A DNA stretch of 64,000 bases, taken from NCBI GenBank assembly GCA_034927475.1, contig JAYFPW010000006.1, positions 9,197 through 73,196 on the forward strand, in the 5' to 3' direction. How positions within the stretch are numbered: the first letter of the stretch is position 1; every line of letters begins with the position of its first letter. The translations under genes were made by a program, and so were the position numbers. The notes beneath the pieces were generated by a model that saw nothing but the letters and a program-made list of their open reading frames with translations, was not told the origin of the DNA and ran no database searches. This DNA is from Candidatus Elulimicrobiales bacterium. Its GTDB lineage: Bacteria > Patescibacteriota > Minisyncoccia > Phycocordibacterales > UBA5272. Positions 1 through 9,388 of the stretch are shown here, one piece after another.

Positions 1-935
1 ACTTTTTCATTATGATAAAGTTCAACAATATCTCTAGCTAGTTTTAATTTTAAGTCTCTTGGATTATTGTTTTTATCAGCTAAAAATTTCTCAGCATTAG
101 CCAAATCTTCATAGTTAGCATCTGTACAAAGTTTTAAATACTTAACTATTAACTCATCTTTCATAGCCATGATTTTTCCAAACATATCATCTGGATCATC
201 AACAATAGAAATAATATTTCCTTGAGAAGTGCTCATTTTTACCCCGTTTGTTCCTTCAAGCATTTCGCAAGTTAAAATATGTTGCTTTTTCATTCCATAA
301 TAATCTTGAATAATTCTTCCAGCTTTAAGATTGAAAAGTTGATCGAAACCTCCAAGTTCAACATCAGCTTTAACTTCTACAGAATCATATCCTTGCATAA
401 TCGGATACAAAAATTCACGAAGAGAAATTTCTTTTCCATCTTCAAATCTTTCTTTAAAGTTTCTTCTAGCAAGCATTTGTTGAACAGAAAAACATTCTGA
501 TAATTTAATAAGTTCAGAGAAAGTTAATTTAGAAAGCCAGTCGTTGTTATAAACAAATTCGGTTTTTGATAAATCAAGAATTTTTCCAATCTGATTTTTA
601 TAGTCTTTAAGGTTTTCATCTATTTCTTGACGTGTAAGCATTGGTCTTTTTTCACTTTTATCAGAGGCGTCTCCGATTTGAGCTGTAAAATCTCCAACAA
701 TTAAAACCACTTGATGTCCAAGCTTTTGAAACTCTCTTAATTTTCTTAAAGGAATAGCTCTTCCTAAGTGGAGTTTTGGGCCGGTTGGGTCTATACCCAA
801 TTTAATTCTTAACTCGACACCACTCATTAAATCTTTTCTTAACTCTTCTTTATCAATAATGTCTTCTACACCTCTGGATAAAATATCATTAATTTTCTCT
901 TCATCTACAATAACTTTTGTCTTTTTAATAGCCAT
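1..935 (-). CDS. tyrS: Tyrosyl-tRNA synthetase (runs off the left edge of the window)
   Basis: Hand translation from ATG at 935: MAIKKTKVIVDEEKINDILSRGVEDII...KLGIDPTGPKLHLGRAIP (HIGH-like motif); KMSTS motif near 226-240. Absent from the ORF track because it is incomplete. Confidence 0.93.
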   Translation of the reverse strand, partial: MAIKKTKVIVDEEKINDILSRGVEDIIDKEELRKDLMSGVELRIKLGIDPTGPKLHLGRAIPLRKLREFQKLGHQVVLIVGDFTAQIGDASDKSEKRPMLTRQEIDENLKDYKNQIGKILDLSKTEFVYNNDWLSKLTFSELIKLSECFSVQQMLARRNFKERFEDGKEISLREFLYPIMQGYDSVEVKADVELGGFDQLFNLKAGRIIQDYYGMKKQHILTCEMLEGTNGVKMSTSQGNIISIVDDPDDMFGKIMAMKDELIVKYLKLCTDANYEDLANAEKFLADKNNNPRDLKLKLARDIVELYHNEK

Positions 936-983
936 AAAATTATAATTATTTATCAAGTATAACATAAAGAACCTTTTTGAAAA

Positions 984-3368
984 ATGATTATTTTTGATCT
1001 GTGTGATAAAATATATTTACTTAACAATCGTTTATTATCAAGTATGAAAAATTATAAAAGCACAAAAAACTATGTCAGAGAAGAAGAGGACACTTCTCTG
1101 TTTTCCGAAGAAGATCCATTTTCTTTTTCAAGAAAAAAGAAAAAGAAAATAAACACAAACTCAAAAAAGAGGAAAAAAATGATTCATCGTTGGGTAAAGA
1201 ATCTATTTTTTATTTTTATCTCACTCTTATTGATTGGTATAACAGCTATAGCTATATACATATCTACTGTAAATATTCCAGATTTTTCTAATTTTGCAAA
1301 CAGAAAAATTGATAACTCCACTCAAATCTATGATAAAACTGGAAAAATTTTACTTTACGATGTTCATGGTGAAGTAAAAAGAACCCAAGTTTCTTCTGCT
1401 GAAATTTCTAAATTTTCTAAAGATGCTACTGTTGCTATTGAGGACAAATACTTTTATGAACATAAAGGTGTAAGACCAACCTCAATTATAAGAGCGATGA
1501 TAGCTAACTTGAAAGCTGGATCTTTTGTACAAGGAGGTTCAACAATCGATCAACAAGTTATAAAAAACGCTCTTTTAACTAGAGAAAAAAGTATTATTCG
1601 TAAAATCACAGAGTGGGCAATGGCTATTAAATTAGACTCTCAGGTCTCTAAAGATGATATTTTAACTATTTATTTGAATGATGCTGCTTTTGGGGGAACA
1701 ATTTATGGTATTCAAACGGCTTCAAAATTCTTTTTTAATAAAGACGCAAAAGATATAACTTTAGCTGAAGCTGCTTATTTAGCAGCCTTACCAAACGCTC
1801 CTTCTTACTATTCTCCTTACGGAACTCATATTGATGAACTAGAAGAAAGAAAAAACTTGATTCTAAAACTAATGCTTGAACAAGAAAAAATTAACGAACA
1901 GCAATACAATGAAGCAAAATCTGAAAAAGTTATTTGGCAAAAAAATAGTGAGAATGGAAAAGCTATGCATTTTGTATTTTATGTAAGAGATTATCTTGAA
2001 AAAAAATATGGAAAAGATGTGGTTGATAAAGGTGGTTTGAAAGTTGTGACCACTCTTGATTATGAATTACAATCTCAAGGAGAAACTATTGTTAATAAAT
2101 ACGCTTTAGAGAACGCTCAAAAATATCACGCAACAAACGCAGCTTTAGTAGCTATCGATCCTAGAACAGGGCAGATTTTGACAATGGTGGGCTCTAGAGA
2201 TTATTTTGAAGTTGATGCAATTCCTGGAAACTTTAATGTTGCTACAGCTCCAAGACAACCTGGCTCCGCTTTTAAACCTATTGTGTATGCTACCGCCTTT
2301 ATGGAAGGATACACACCGGAGACTGTACTTTTTGATGTTCCAACACAATTTAGTACAACCTGTTCTTATGACGGAACTCCTCTTCCAGGATATTCTGCAA
2401 ATAGTTGTTATACTCCTAGCAACTACGACGGTTCTTTTAGAGGTCCGGTTACTATGAGAGAAGCTTTGGCTCAGTCTTTAAATATTCCAGCAGTTAAAGC
2501 TTTATATTTGGTTGGTGTAAAAAATGCTATTTCTACAGCTCAAAAACTTGGTATTACCAGTTTAAACACAAACGGTGATTATGGTCTTTCTTTGGTGCTT
2601 GGTTCTGGAGAAACTTCCCTTTTACAACTAACCAATGCTTATGGGGTTTTTGCAAATGGAGGAATTTATAATCCCCCAGCTTTTATATTGTCTATTACAG
2701 ATCTTGATGGTAATGTTCTTGAAGAATATAAACAAAATAATGCTAGTGTAATACCTAGTTTTGTAGCTAGTTATATAAACAGTGTTCTTTCTGATAATAA
2801 TGCTCGCGCTCCACTTTATGGATACAGTTCAGGGTTGTATTTTCCAGGTAAGGCTGTAGCTGCAAAAACAGGTACTACAAACGAATATAGAGATACTTGG
2901 ACTATTGGATACTCTCCCTCTGTTGTGGTCGGTGTCTGGGCAGGAAATAATGACAACAGCAGAATTAATAAAGGAATGTCTGGAATGGTGGCTGTACCTA
3001 TGTGGAATGAGTTTATGCGCTATGCTGTAAAAGACGAAACAGCTTCTTCTTTTAAAGATGGCTATCAGCCAGCTGATTTAGCTATTAAAAATACAAACCC
3101 TCCAACCAAAGGACTTTATTGTTATACTGAAAATGGTTTAAATTATAGTTACTCTATTCTAAATCAAAATGACTCTCAGTATGAACTCTGGAAAATTCCT
3201 TCAGATTTATGGATGCAAAGTACTTTTTGCCCATTTACAAACACAATGAATGGTACAAGCACAGACCCGAATTCATCTTCTACCGAAATAGTTATCCTGG
3301 TACAAGATCCGAACAACCCAACCGTTCCTCCTGTTATCATACCAACCACAACTCTTCAAACTAACTAG
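984..3368 (+). CDS. Class A penicillin-binding protein (transglycosylase-transpeptidase, PBP1A family); real start possibly 1044
   Basis: TM anchor; GT51 motifs AIEDKYFYEHKG and QGGSTIDQQVIKN; transpeptidase motifs RQPGSAFKP, SLN and KTGT. Confidence 0.93.
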   Translation: MIIFDLCDKIYLLNNRLLSSMKNYKSTKNYVREEEDTSLFSEEDPFSFSRKKKKKINTNSKKRKKMIHRWVKNLFFIFISLLLIGITAIAIYISTVNIPDFSNFANRKIDNSTQIYDKTGKILLYDVHGEVKRTQVSSAEISKFSKDATVAIEDKYFYEHKGVRPTSIIRAMIANLKAGSFVQGGSTIDQQVIKNALLTREKSIIRKITEWAMAIKLDSQVSKDDILTIYLNDAAFGGTIYGIQTASKFFFNKDAKDITLAEAAYLAALPNAPSYYSPYGTHIDELEERKNLILKLMLEQEKINEQQYNEAKSEKVIWQKNSENGKAMHFVFYVRDYLEKKYGKDVVDKGGLKVVTTLDYELQSQGETIVNKYALENAQKYHATNAALVAIDPRTGQILTMVGSRDYFEVDAIPGNFNVATAPRQPGSAFKPIVYATAFMEGYTPETVLFDVPTQFSTTCSYDGTPLPGYSANSCYTPSNYDGSFRGPVTMREALAQSLNIPAVKALYLVGVKNAISTAQKLGITSLNTNGDYGLSLVLGSGETSLLQLTNAYGVFANGGIYNPPAFILSITDLDGNVLEEYKQNNASVIPSFVASYINSVLSDNNARAPLYGYSSGLYFPGKAVAAKTGTTNEYRDTWTIGYSPSVVVGVWAGNNDNSRINKGMSGMVAVPMWNEFMRYAVKDETASSFKDGYQPADLAIKNTNPPTKGLYCYTENGLNYSYSILNQNDSQYELWKIPSDLWMQSTFCPFTNTMNGTSTDPNSSSTEIVILVQDPNNPTVPPVIIPTTTLQTN

Positions 3369-3628
3369 TTTAAATCAAAACCGGTTCTATCTTTAATAAT
3401 AGAAGATATATTATCTTCTATTATTTTATTTTGCAAAGCGTATCTTAAGCTAGATTTAAGATTAGTTATTTTTACTATTTTATTTTTTGTGTTTATTTTT
3501 AAATTTTTTGGTTCTAATTTTAAATTTGTATTTTCTTTTATTATATATATAAGTTGATTTTCAATATCTTTTTTTGAGACTAAATTATTTTTATATTTGG
3601 AAAATAAGTTTTGAATATTATTAATCAT
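3365..3628 (-). CDS. Small hypothetical protein directly downstream of dnaN (possibly a remote DciA/DUF721-like protein)
   Basis: 87-aa ORF starting 2 bp after the dnaN stop; family guess rests on size and position only. Confidence 0.55.
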   Translation of the reverse strand: MINNIQNLFSKYKNNLVSKKDIENQLIYIIKENTNLKLEPKNLKINTKNKIVKITNLKSSLRYALQNKIIEDNISSIIKDRTGFDLN

Positions 3629-3630
3629 AA

Positions 3631-4752
3631 TTACTTATTAAGAGGCATTAAAAGGTATGTAAAACTTTCATCTTTTGCGTCTTTTATAAACATTGGCCTA
3701 TTTCCTTGTGTAAAAAGTAATTCTACTTCGTCACTTACAATATGAGAAATACCGTCTAAGAAATAATTACTGTTATAGCTAGCTAAAATATTTTCACCAG
3801 TCATTTCGTTTGGAACAATATCTTTATCCAAAGCTCCAATTTTGTCATTTTTAGACTTTGTTTTAATAACTTTCTCTTCAGTGTTTATATCAAAATCTAC
3901 ATAAGAATAATTATTAACAAAAATAGTAGATAAATTAAGGGTGTTTCTTAATTCTTGCTTATCAACTTTAATTTTTGTAGTCCATTCTTTAGGAAAGAGT
4001 TGTTTATAATCTGGAAAATTTCCGTTGATTGATCTAATAGATAAAGTTGTATTGTTATTTTGAATGGTTAAAATATTTTCACTGTTATAGATCTCTATTT
4101 CACTTTCTTCTTCCTCATTTTCTTCTTGTAAACTTTCAAGAATAGAAACTTTTTCATTAATATTTTTCTGTGAAATTAAAATATTAATATCTTCACTATT
4201 ATTAAAAACTATTTTCTTCTCTGCTAACCTAAAAGAGTCAGTTGCTACAGAAAAAAGTTCTTCATTTTTAGAGTATAAATAAACCGATGAAATCTCTGGT
4301 TTAATTTCAGAAGTAGAAGCGCAAAAAGAAACTGATTTTATAAGGTTTATATAAGTTTTTAAATTAATATTTGTTAAATAATTTCCAGAATTAGGCATTT
4401 TTGGAAAGTCTTCTAGTTTAGTAGTTTTAAGTTGAACTTTATTTTTTAAATATAAAATATTAAAAACGTCATCAACTAGTTCACAAGTAATATTGGTATC
4501 AATATTTGAAAAATAATTTGAAATTTTTGTTAAAACATCTCCATTAATTAAACACTCTCCATTTACAACACCTTTCATAGGAATAGTTTTTTCACAAGTA
4601 AGTTCAAGGTTTGTAGCACGCATAGTCAAACTGTTATTTTCACTTTTAATATAAATATTATTTAAATAAGAGTTTAAAGTACTTTTATTTCTAGCTTTAC
4701 TAACTTGATTAATAATTTTAAAAAGTTTAATGGAGTTGATTTCAAATTTCAT
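3631..4752 (-). CDS. dnaN: DNA polymerase III beta sliding clamp
   Basis: RATNLE, EDFP, VATDSFRLAE, GNFPDYKQLFP and C-terminal YLLMPL; follows dnaA. Confidence 0.96.
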   Translation of the reverse strand: MKFEINSIKLFKIINQVSKARNKSTLNSYLNNIYIKSENNSLTMRATNLELTCEKTIPMKGVVNGECLINGDVLTKISNYFSNIDTNITCELVDDVFNILYLKNKVQLKTTKLEDFPKMPNSGNYLTNINLKTYINLIKSVSFCASTSEIKPEISSVYLYSKNEELFSVATDSFRLAEKKIVFNNSEDINILISQKNINEKVSILESLQEENEEEESEIEIYNSENILTIQNNNTTLSIRSINGNFPDYKQLFPKEWTTKIKVDKQELRNTLNLSTIFVNNYSYVDFDINTEEKVIKTKSKNDKIGALDKDIVPNEMTGENILASYNSNYFLDGISHIVSDEVELLFTQGNRPMFIKDAKDESFTYLLMPLNK

Positions 4753-5089
4753 ATTTTTATAAATTAATTATATAGGATTTTTTTAAATATCAAAACTTAA
4801 AAAGTTATTCAGGTTTTAGTTTTTTATTTTTATATATCAAATACTTAATATAATTAATTTATGTTGATAAAGTTGAAAACTCTAAAACAATATTGTATTT
4901 AAATGCTAAATTCTTAATTTAAAAAACTAAAAGCGTGGAAGATGAACAAGTAAAACCTGAAATACATTTTACAGAAAATAGTATCTGTTTTAGAATAATA
5001 AAAAAAGTAAAAAGTTATCCTAAAGTTTTACACAAATATTTTTCAAATTTAAAGAGTGTTATCTAAACAATTCACAAGTTATAAACAGG
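4753..5089. other. Putative oriC (dnaA-dnaN intergenic region)
   Basis: AT-rich 337-bp spacer with several degenerate DnaA boxes (ttattcagg ~4805, ttatcctaa ~5015, ttttacaca ~5026, caattcaca ~5068, ttataaaca ~5079); no perfect TTATCCACA. Confidence 0.65.
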
Positions 5090-6436
5090 TTATTTTAGAA
5101 TGTTATAAATTTCTTCTATTTCTTTATTTAAATAAGGATCCTCTTTTCTTTCTTTTTTAATTTTTTCGTAAGAGTGAATTACAGTGGTATGATCTTTTCC
5201 TCCAAGCTTTTCCCCTATTGTTGGATAAGAAACATCGAAATATTCTCTTAAAATATACATAATTACTTGTCTAGGTTTAACAATATCTTTTCTTCTAGTT
5301 TTATTGTAAATAAAAGAAGCGTGAATATTGTAGTATTCAGAAACAATTTTTACCACCTCAGAAATAGAAACTGATTTTTTAGAACGAACATTATTTTTAA
5401 TAAGATTTTTAATACTTTGTAAAGTAACTTTTTGATCAAAAAGTTCTATTTGAGCTTGTATAAAGTTGATAATTCCTTCTAACTCTCTAATGTTTCCGCT
5501 AATATTTTCAGCCACATATTCTATAACCCCTTCTTCTACTTTTTCTCTATTTTTAATTTTAGATCTTAGAATATTAATTCTAGATTCATAATCCGGAACC
5601 CCAATATCCACAATCATTCCTTGATTAAAACGAGATTTAAGTCTGTCTTCTAGTCCCACAATAAAGTTTGGATGTTTATCAGAAGAGAAGATAATTTGTT
5701 TATTATCATTATGAAGACTGTTAAATAAATGAAAGAGTTCGTCTTGAGTTTTTTCTTTCCCATTAATAAATTGAATATCATCCATTATAAAAACGTCGTA
5801 TTTTTTATACTTTTCTTTAAAATTATTAATTTTTTGACTATTTATAGCGGAAACAAATTCTAAATAATATTTTTCAAGAGAAGTATAAAAGACTTTTTTA
5901 TCAGGATAGTTATTTTTGACAGTGTTTCCGATAGCCTGAATTAAGTGTGTTTTTCCTAGGCCTGTATTTCCATAAATAAATAAAGGGTTATAAACAATAC
6001 CAGGGTTTTTTATAATAGCCTGAGAAGCTGCATGAGCTAATTCATTAAAACTTCCAACAACAAAGTTGTTAAAAGTGTATTTTTGATTTAAGCCGTCATC
6101 TTTGTTTATGTAAAGATCTTGAAGAGGAAGAGAACTGGTTGGCTCTATAATCTTGTTTTTCGCTTGCACAGCCTTCTTTTGAAGGGTTTCTAATTTTACA
6201 GTATGAAAATCTACCCCTCTCACATCTTCATGTATTTCTCTTAAAACTCTTAATATAAATTTATGATGTTTTTGAAGAAGCCACTCTTTAACAAAATCAT
6301 TTGGAACCCCTATTATTACAATACCGTCTTTATAATTAATAATTTGAGTGTTTCTAAACCAAGTGTTGAAATTTACACGTGACAATTCTAATTCTATTCT
6401 CGATAATGCCATGTCCCAAATTTGCTTGTAATCCAT
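5090..6436 (-). CDS. dnaA: Chromosomal replication initiator DnaA
   Basis: YTFNNFVVG, YNPLFIYGNTGLGKTHL, MDDIQF, NIRELEG and GGKDHTTVIH. Confidence 0.98.
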   Translation of the reverse strand: MDYKQIWDMALSRIELELSRVNFNTWFRNTQIINYKDGIVIIGVPNDFVKEWLLQKHHKFILRVLREIHEDVRGVDFHTVKLETLQKKAVQAKNKIIEPTSSLPLQDLYINKDDGLNQKYTFNNFVVGSFNELAHAASQAIIKNPGIVYNPLFIYGNTGLGKTHLIQAIGNTVKNNYPDKKVFYTSLEKYYLEFVSAINSQKINNFKEKYKKYDVFIMDDIQFINGKEKTQDELFHLFNSLHNDNKQIIFSSDKHPNFIVGLEDRLKSRFNQGMIVDIGVPDYESRINILRSKIKNREKVEEGVIEYVAENISGNIRELEGIINFIQAQIELFDQKVTLQSIKNLIKNNVRSKKSVSISEVVKIVSEYYNIHASFIYNKTRRKDIVKPRQVIMYILREYFDVSYPTIGEKLGGKDHTTVIHSYEKIKKERKEDPYLNKEIEEIYNILK

Positions 6437-6588
6437 AATGTTTTGTTTCTAGAATAATTAAGAAATGAAGTTATTTTTTATTATACAAAAGTTTAGAAAA
6501 ATAAACAAACAAAAAAGATTAAAAATAATAAAAACTTGTTTTTTAGAGAGTTTTATTGTATATTATACGAAATTAATTAAATAAATTT

Positions 6589-6819
6589 ATGGCATCAGGT
6601 GGAGTAACTTATAAACCAAAAAACAAAAAAAGATATACAACTCACGGTTTTCTTTCAAGAATGGAAACTGAAGGAGGAAAAAAGGTTATTAAGAACAGAA
6701 GAAGAAAAGGAAGAGTAAAACTTTCTGTTTCAGAAGAAAAGAAATTTTTAGTAAAAAGAATGAATACTGTTAAATCAAGTAAAGCTTCTGCTCTTAAAAA
6801 ATCAAACAAAAAGAAATAA
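6589..6819 (+). CDS. rpmH: 50S ribosomal protein L34 with a basic C-terminal extension
   Basis: [19 protein letters not shown]...RRRKGR; divergent from dnaA and upstream of rnpA. Confidence 0.92.
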   Translation: MASGGVTYKPKNKKRYTTHGFLSRMETEGGKKVIKNRRRKGRVKLSVSEEKKFLVKRMNTVKSSKASALKKSNKKK

Positions 6820-6828
6820 TTTATTTAA

Positions 6829-7194
6829 ATGTTAAAGAAATTATATAAATTAACATCTTTAGAAATAAAAAGTCTTTTTACAAAAGATACACCTAACAAA
6901 GTAGTTCGAGGTGTATTTTTTGATATAAAATACGTCTCTAAGAAAGAAGAAAGTAGTAAAGAAAATTTTAAGTTTGCAATAGTTCTTTCTCAAAAAAACT
7001 TTAAAAAAGCGGTAGAAAGAAATAAAATTAGAAGACAAATTTTTTCTATTTTAGAAAATTATTTAAAACAACAAAATTTAAAAAAAGAAGCAAATATTTA
7101 TTTTTTAATATATCCAAAAAAAGAAATACGAAAATTAAAGTTTCTTGATTTAAAGAAAGAAGTGTATAATGTTTTAGATAAAATAATCAAATAA
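6829..7194 (+). CDS. rnpA: Ribonuclease P protein component
   Basis: KKAVERNKIRR (RNR motif); conserved rpmH-rnpA-yidC order. Confidence 0.92.
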   Translation: MLKKLYKLTSLEIKSLFTKDTPNKVVRGVFFDIKYVSKKEESSKENFKFAIVLSQKNFKKAVERNKIRRQIFSILENYLKQQNLKKEANIYFLIYPKKEIRKLKFLDLKKEVYNVLDKIIK

Positions 7195-7210
7195 TACTTA
7201 ATAAATTTTT

Positions 7211-7966
7211 ATGTTTAACACATTTTTTTTAGCACCGGTTTATAATGTTGTGGTTTTCTTTTTAAACCTTTTTCCTTCTCACGATATAGGTGTGGCTATT
7301 ATTCTTACAACAATCGCAATTAAGATCATTCTGTTGAAATTAAATCTGTCCTCTCAAAGAAGTGCATATTTAATTAAAGATGCACAAACAGAACTTGCTG
7401 AAATTAAAAAGAAATATGAAGGTGATAGTAAAAAAATAGCCGAAGAAACAATGAGGATTTATAAAGAGAAAAAAATTAAACCTTTTTCTAGTATTTTGGT
7501 TGTTTTAATACAGATTCCAATATTTTTCGCTTTGTTTTATGTTTTTAGAGATGGTGGTGTAACTTTAAGACCTGATTTAATATATTCTTTTAATAATTTC
7601 CCTGAAACAGTAAAAAATTTAGCTTTTGGTTTTATGAATTTGTCCCAAAAATATATTTGGGTAGGAGTTTTGACTGGAATCACAATGTTTATTCTTTCCA
7701 AAAGACAAAGTTTAGGATTAGCAAAAACAAAGGATGATAAAAAGACAACAAATAAAAAAGAAGATTTCCAAGCCGTCTTTTCTAAAACAATGCAAATGCA
7801 AATGACTTATTTCTTGCCAGTAATTTCTGGAATATCTGCAGCAGTACTCCCTTCTGCTATTGGGGTTTATTGGACAACAAATAATATACTCTCTCTCTTT
7901 CAAGATATTTATATAAAAAGAAAATTAAAAAAAGAAGGAGAAGCAAAAAGAATAGAAAACAAATAA
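7211..7966 (+). CDS. yidC: YidC/Oxa1 membrane protein insertase (short form)
   Basis: GVAIILTTIAIK, LIQIPIFFALF and PSAIGVYW; synteny. Confidence 0.92.
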   Translation: MFNTFFLAPVYNVVVFFLNLFPSHDIGVAIILTTIAIKIILLKLNLSSQRSAYLIKDAQTELAEIKKKYEGDSKKIAEETMRIYKEKKIKPFSSILVVLIQIPIFFALFYVFRDGGVTLRPDLIYSFNNFPETVKNLAFGFMNLSQKYIWVGVLTGITMFILSKRQSLGLAKTKDDKKTTNKKEDFQAVFSKTMQMQMTYFLPVISGISAAVLPSAIGVYWTTNNILSLFQDIYIKRKLKKEGEAKRIENK

Positions 7967-7968
7967 CA

Positions 7969-9384
7969 TTAATCTCCTCCAGAATATAATATATTATCTA
8001 TGTTTAAAGTCCAAAGAGAACCGTCATTTTTATTTATAAAACCAAGATGGGATTTATAGGAGTTTATATTTAAATTTTTAGCATCAATAATATCTTCAAC
8101 TTGACCGTCTTTTTTAATATCAAACAAAAGTTTTCCATTTGGATAATCACTACTCATTACATAGAAATTGTCTTCCCAAGTGGTCATACCTTGATACCAA
8201 GCATCAGGTAAACCAGTATCATAGTTAATAATTTCTTTTGGTACAGAGCAAATTAAAAGTTGACCATTTGAGGCATTATTTTGTACACATTTATTAGCTA
8301 AAGTTGTGAAATTTAATGAAACTAAATCGTTGTCAGTGAAAGGTGTACTATTAAAGGTTGTGTTTTTATAAAGCTTTATCCCGGAGCCTGTAAAAATAGA
8401 TGTCAATAAATTATTGTTTTCTATTAAAAAGAACATTCCATTATGGTCTCCGTAAAGTTGAGAAAGGTCACCTAAAATATTTTTATGGATATTTACTTTA
8501 TAGAGCGTGTTATTTTCATATGCTGTATCAGTTGTTTGAGCAAAAAGATCACCAATATTAGAAAGAATTAATTTCCAAGAAGAAAGATCGGAGCTATAAA
8601 CTCTTCTACCATAAGAGTCATTTACGTCTTCTAATAAATACCAGTCTGTATAAGTATCGTCCTTTCCGCCAGTTTTTTTATTTTTTTGAACTATATAAGC
8701 TAAACGTGTATTGTTTTGAGAAGTTGTAATATTTTTTATATTATCCGGAAGAGTTGAAGAGTTCATTAAATTCGCAGTAGAGCCATAATATGTAGGTATT
8801 GTAGCACTCACAGTTTTTATTGTATTATCAGCATTTAAATATTGGAAAAATACTCTATTTTTATAACCTCCTTTTTCATTCATAAAGTAAGCTTTTACTG
8901 TATTTGGAAAAGGGGTAATCGTTACTTGATATGGACTAGAAGTTGGAGCAAGTAAATCTTTTTCATAAACAAAACCAGTTTCACTATCAACAAATTGCAG
9001 AATAGTTTTTGTAGAAGTGGCGTCTTGCTCGATACCGTCGATATCGATATATTTATAAGTAAACAGCTTATCATAAAAATTGTACCCAGCCACAGGTTTA
9101 TCCCAAATTTTTATTAAACCCTCAAAATAATAATCATGAGCAATATTTTCATCAAGATTGTTTCCGTCTGTGTCATCCCCCTTATTGTCACCAGTAAAAA
9201 AACTCAAAAGATTTTTAAAATTAAAAGCTGGTTTACCAGATAAGTCTTGCATGTTTTGAGAAGAATTTGTTTTATTTCTTAAAAAAAGAAAATAAAATAG
9301 TGAACCAAAAACGAAGATAGCAATAATAACGATAACTATTTCTTTTTTATATTTTTTAAAAAATGATTGTTTTTTAGGTTCCAT
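7969..9384 (-). CDS. Hypothetical membrane-anchored extracellular protein, last gene of the T4SS-linked block
   Basis: 471-aa ORF with a single N-terminal TM helix; 4-bp gap to the upstream gene. Confidence 0.7.
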   Translation of the reverse strand: MEPKKQSFFKKYKKEIVIVIIAIFVFGSLFYFLFLRNKTNSSQNMQDLSGKPAFNFKNLLSFFTGDNKGDDTDGNNLDENIAHDYYFEGLIKIWDKPVAGYNFYDKLFTYKYIDIDGIEQDATSTKTILQFVDSETGFVYEKDLLAPTSSPYQVTITPFPNTVKAYFMNEKGGYKNRVFFQYLNADNTIKTVSATIPTYYGSTANLMNSSTLPDNIKNITTSQNNTRLAYIVQKNKKTGGKDDTYTDWYLLEDVNDSYGRRVYSSDLSSWKLILSNIGDLFAQTTDTAYENNTLYKVNIHKNILGDLSQLYGDHNGMFFLIENNNLLTSIFTGSGIKLYKNTTFNSTPFTDNDLVSLNFTTLANKCVQNNASNGQLLICSVPKEIINYDTGLPDAWYQGMTTWEDNFYVMSSDYPNGKLLFDIKKDGQVEDIIDAKNLNINSYKSHLGFINKNDGSLWTLNIDNILYSGGD

Positions 9385-9388
9385 AAGG

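Noticed and set aside
279-500. This and other short antisense or nested ORFs (e.g. 25010-25477, 43722-44342, 26576-27019, 51329-51601, 62930-63139)
   Set aside because: Shadow frames of well-supported genes; their F/S/L-rich composition mirrors E/K-rich sense strands.
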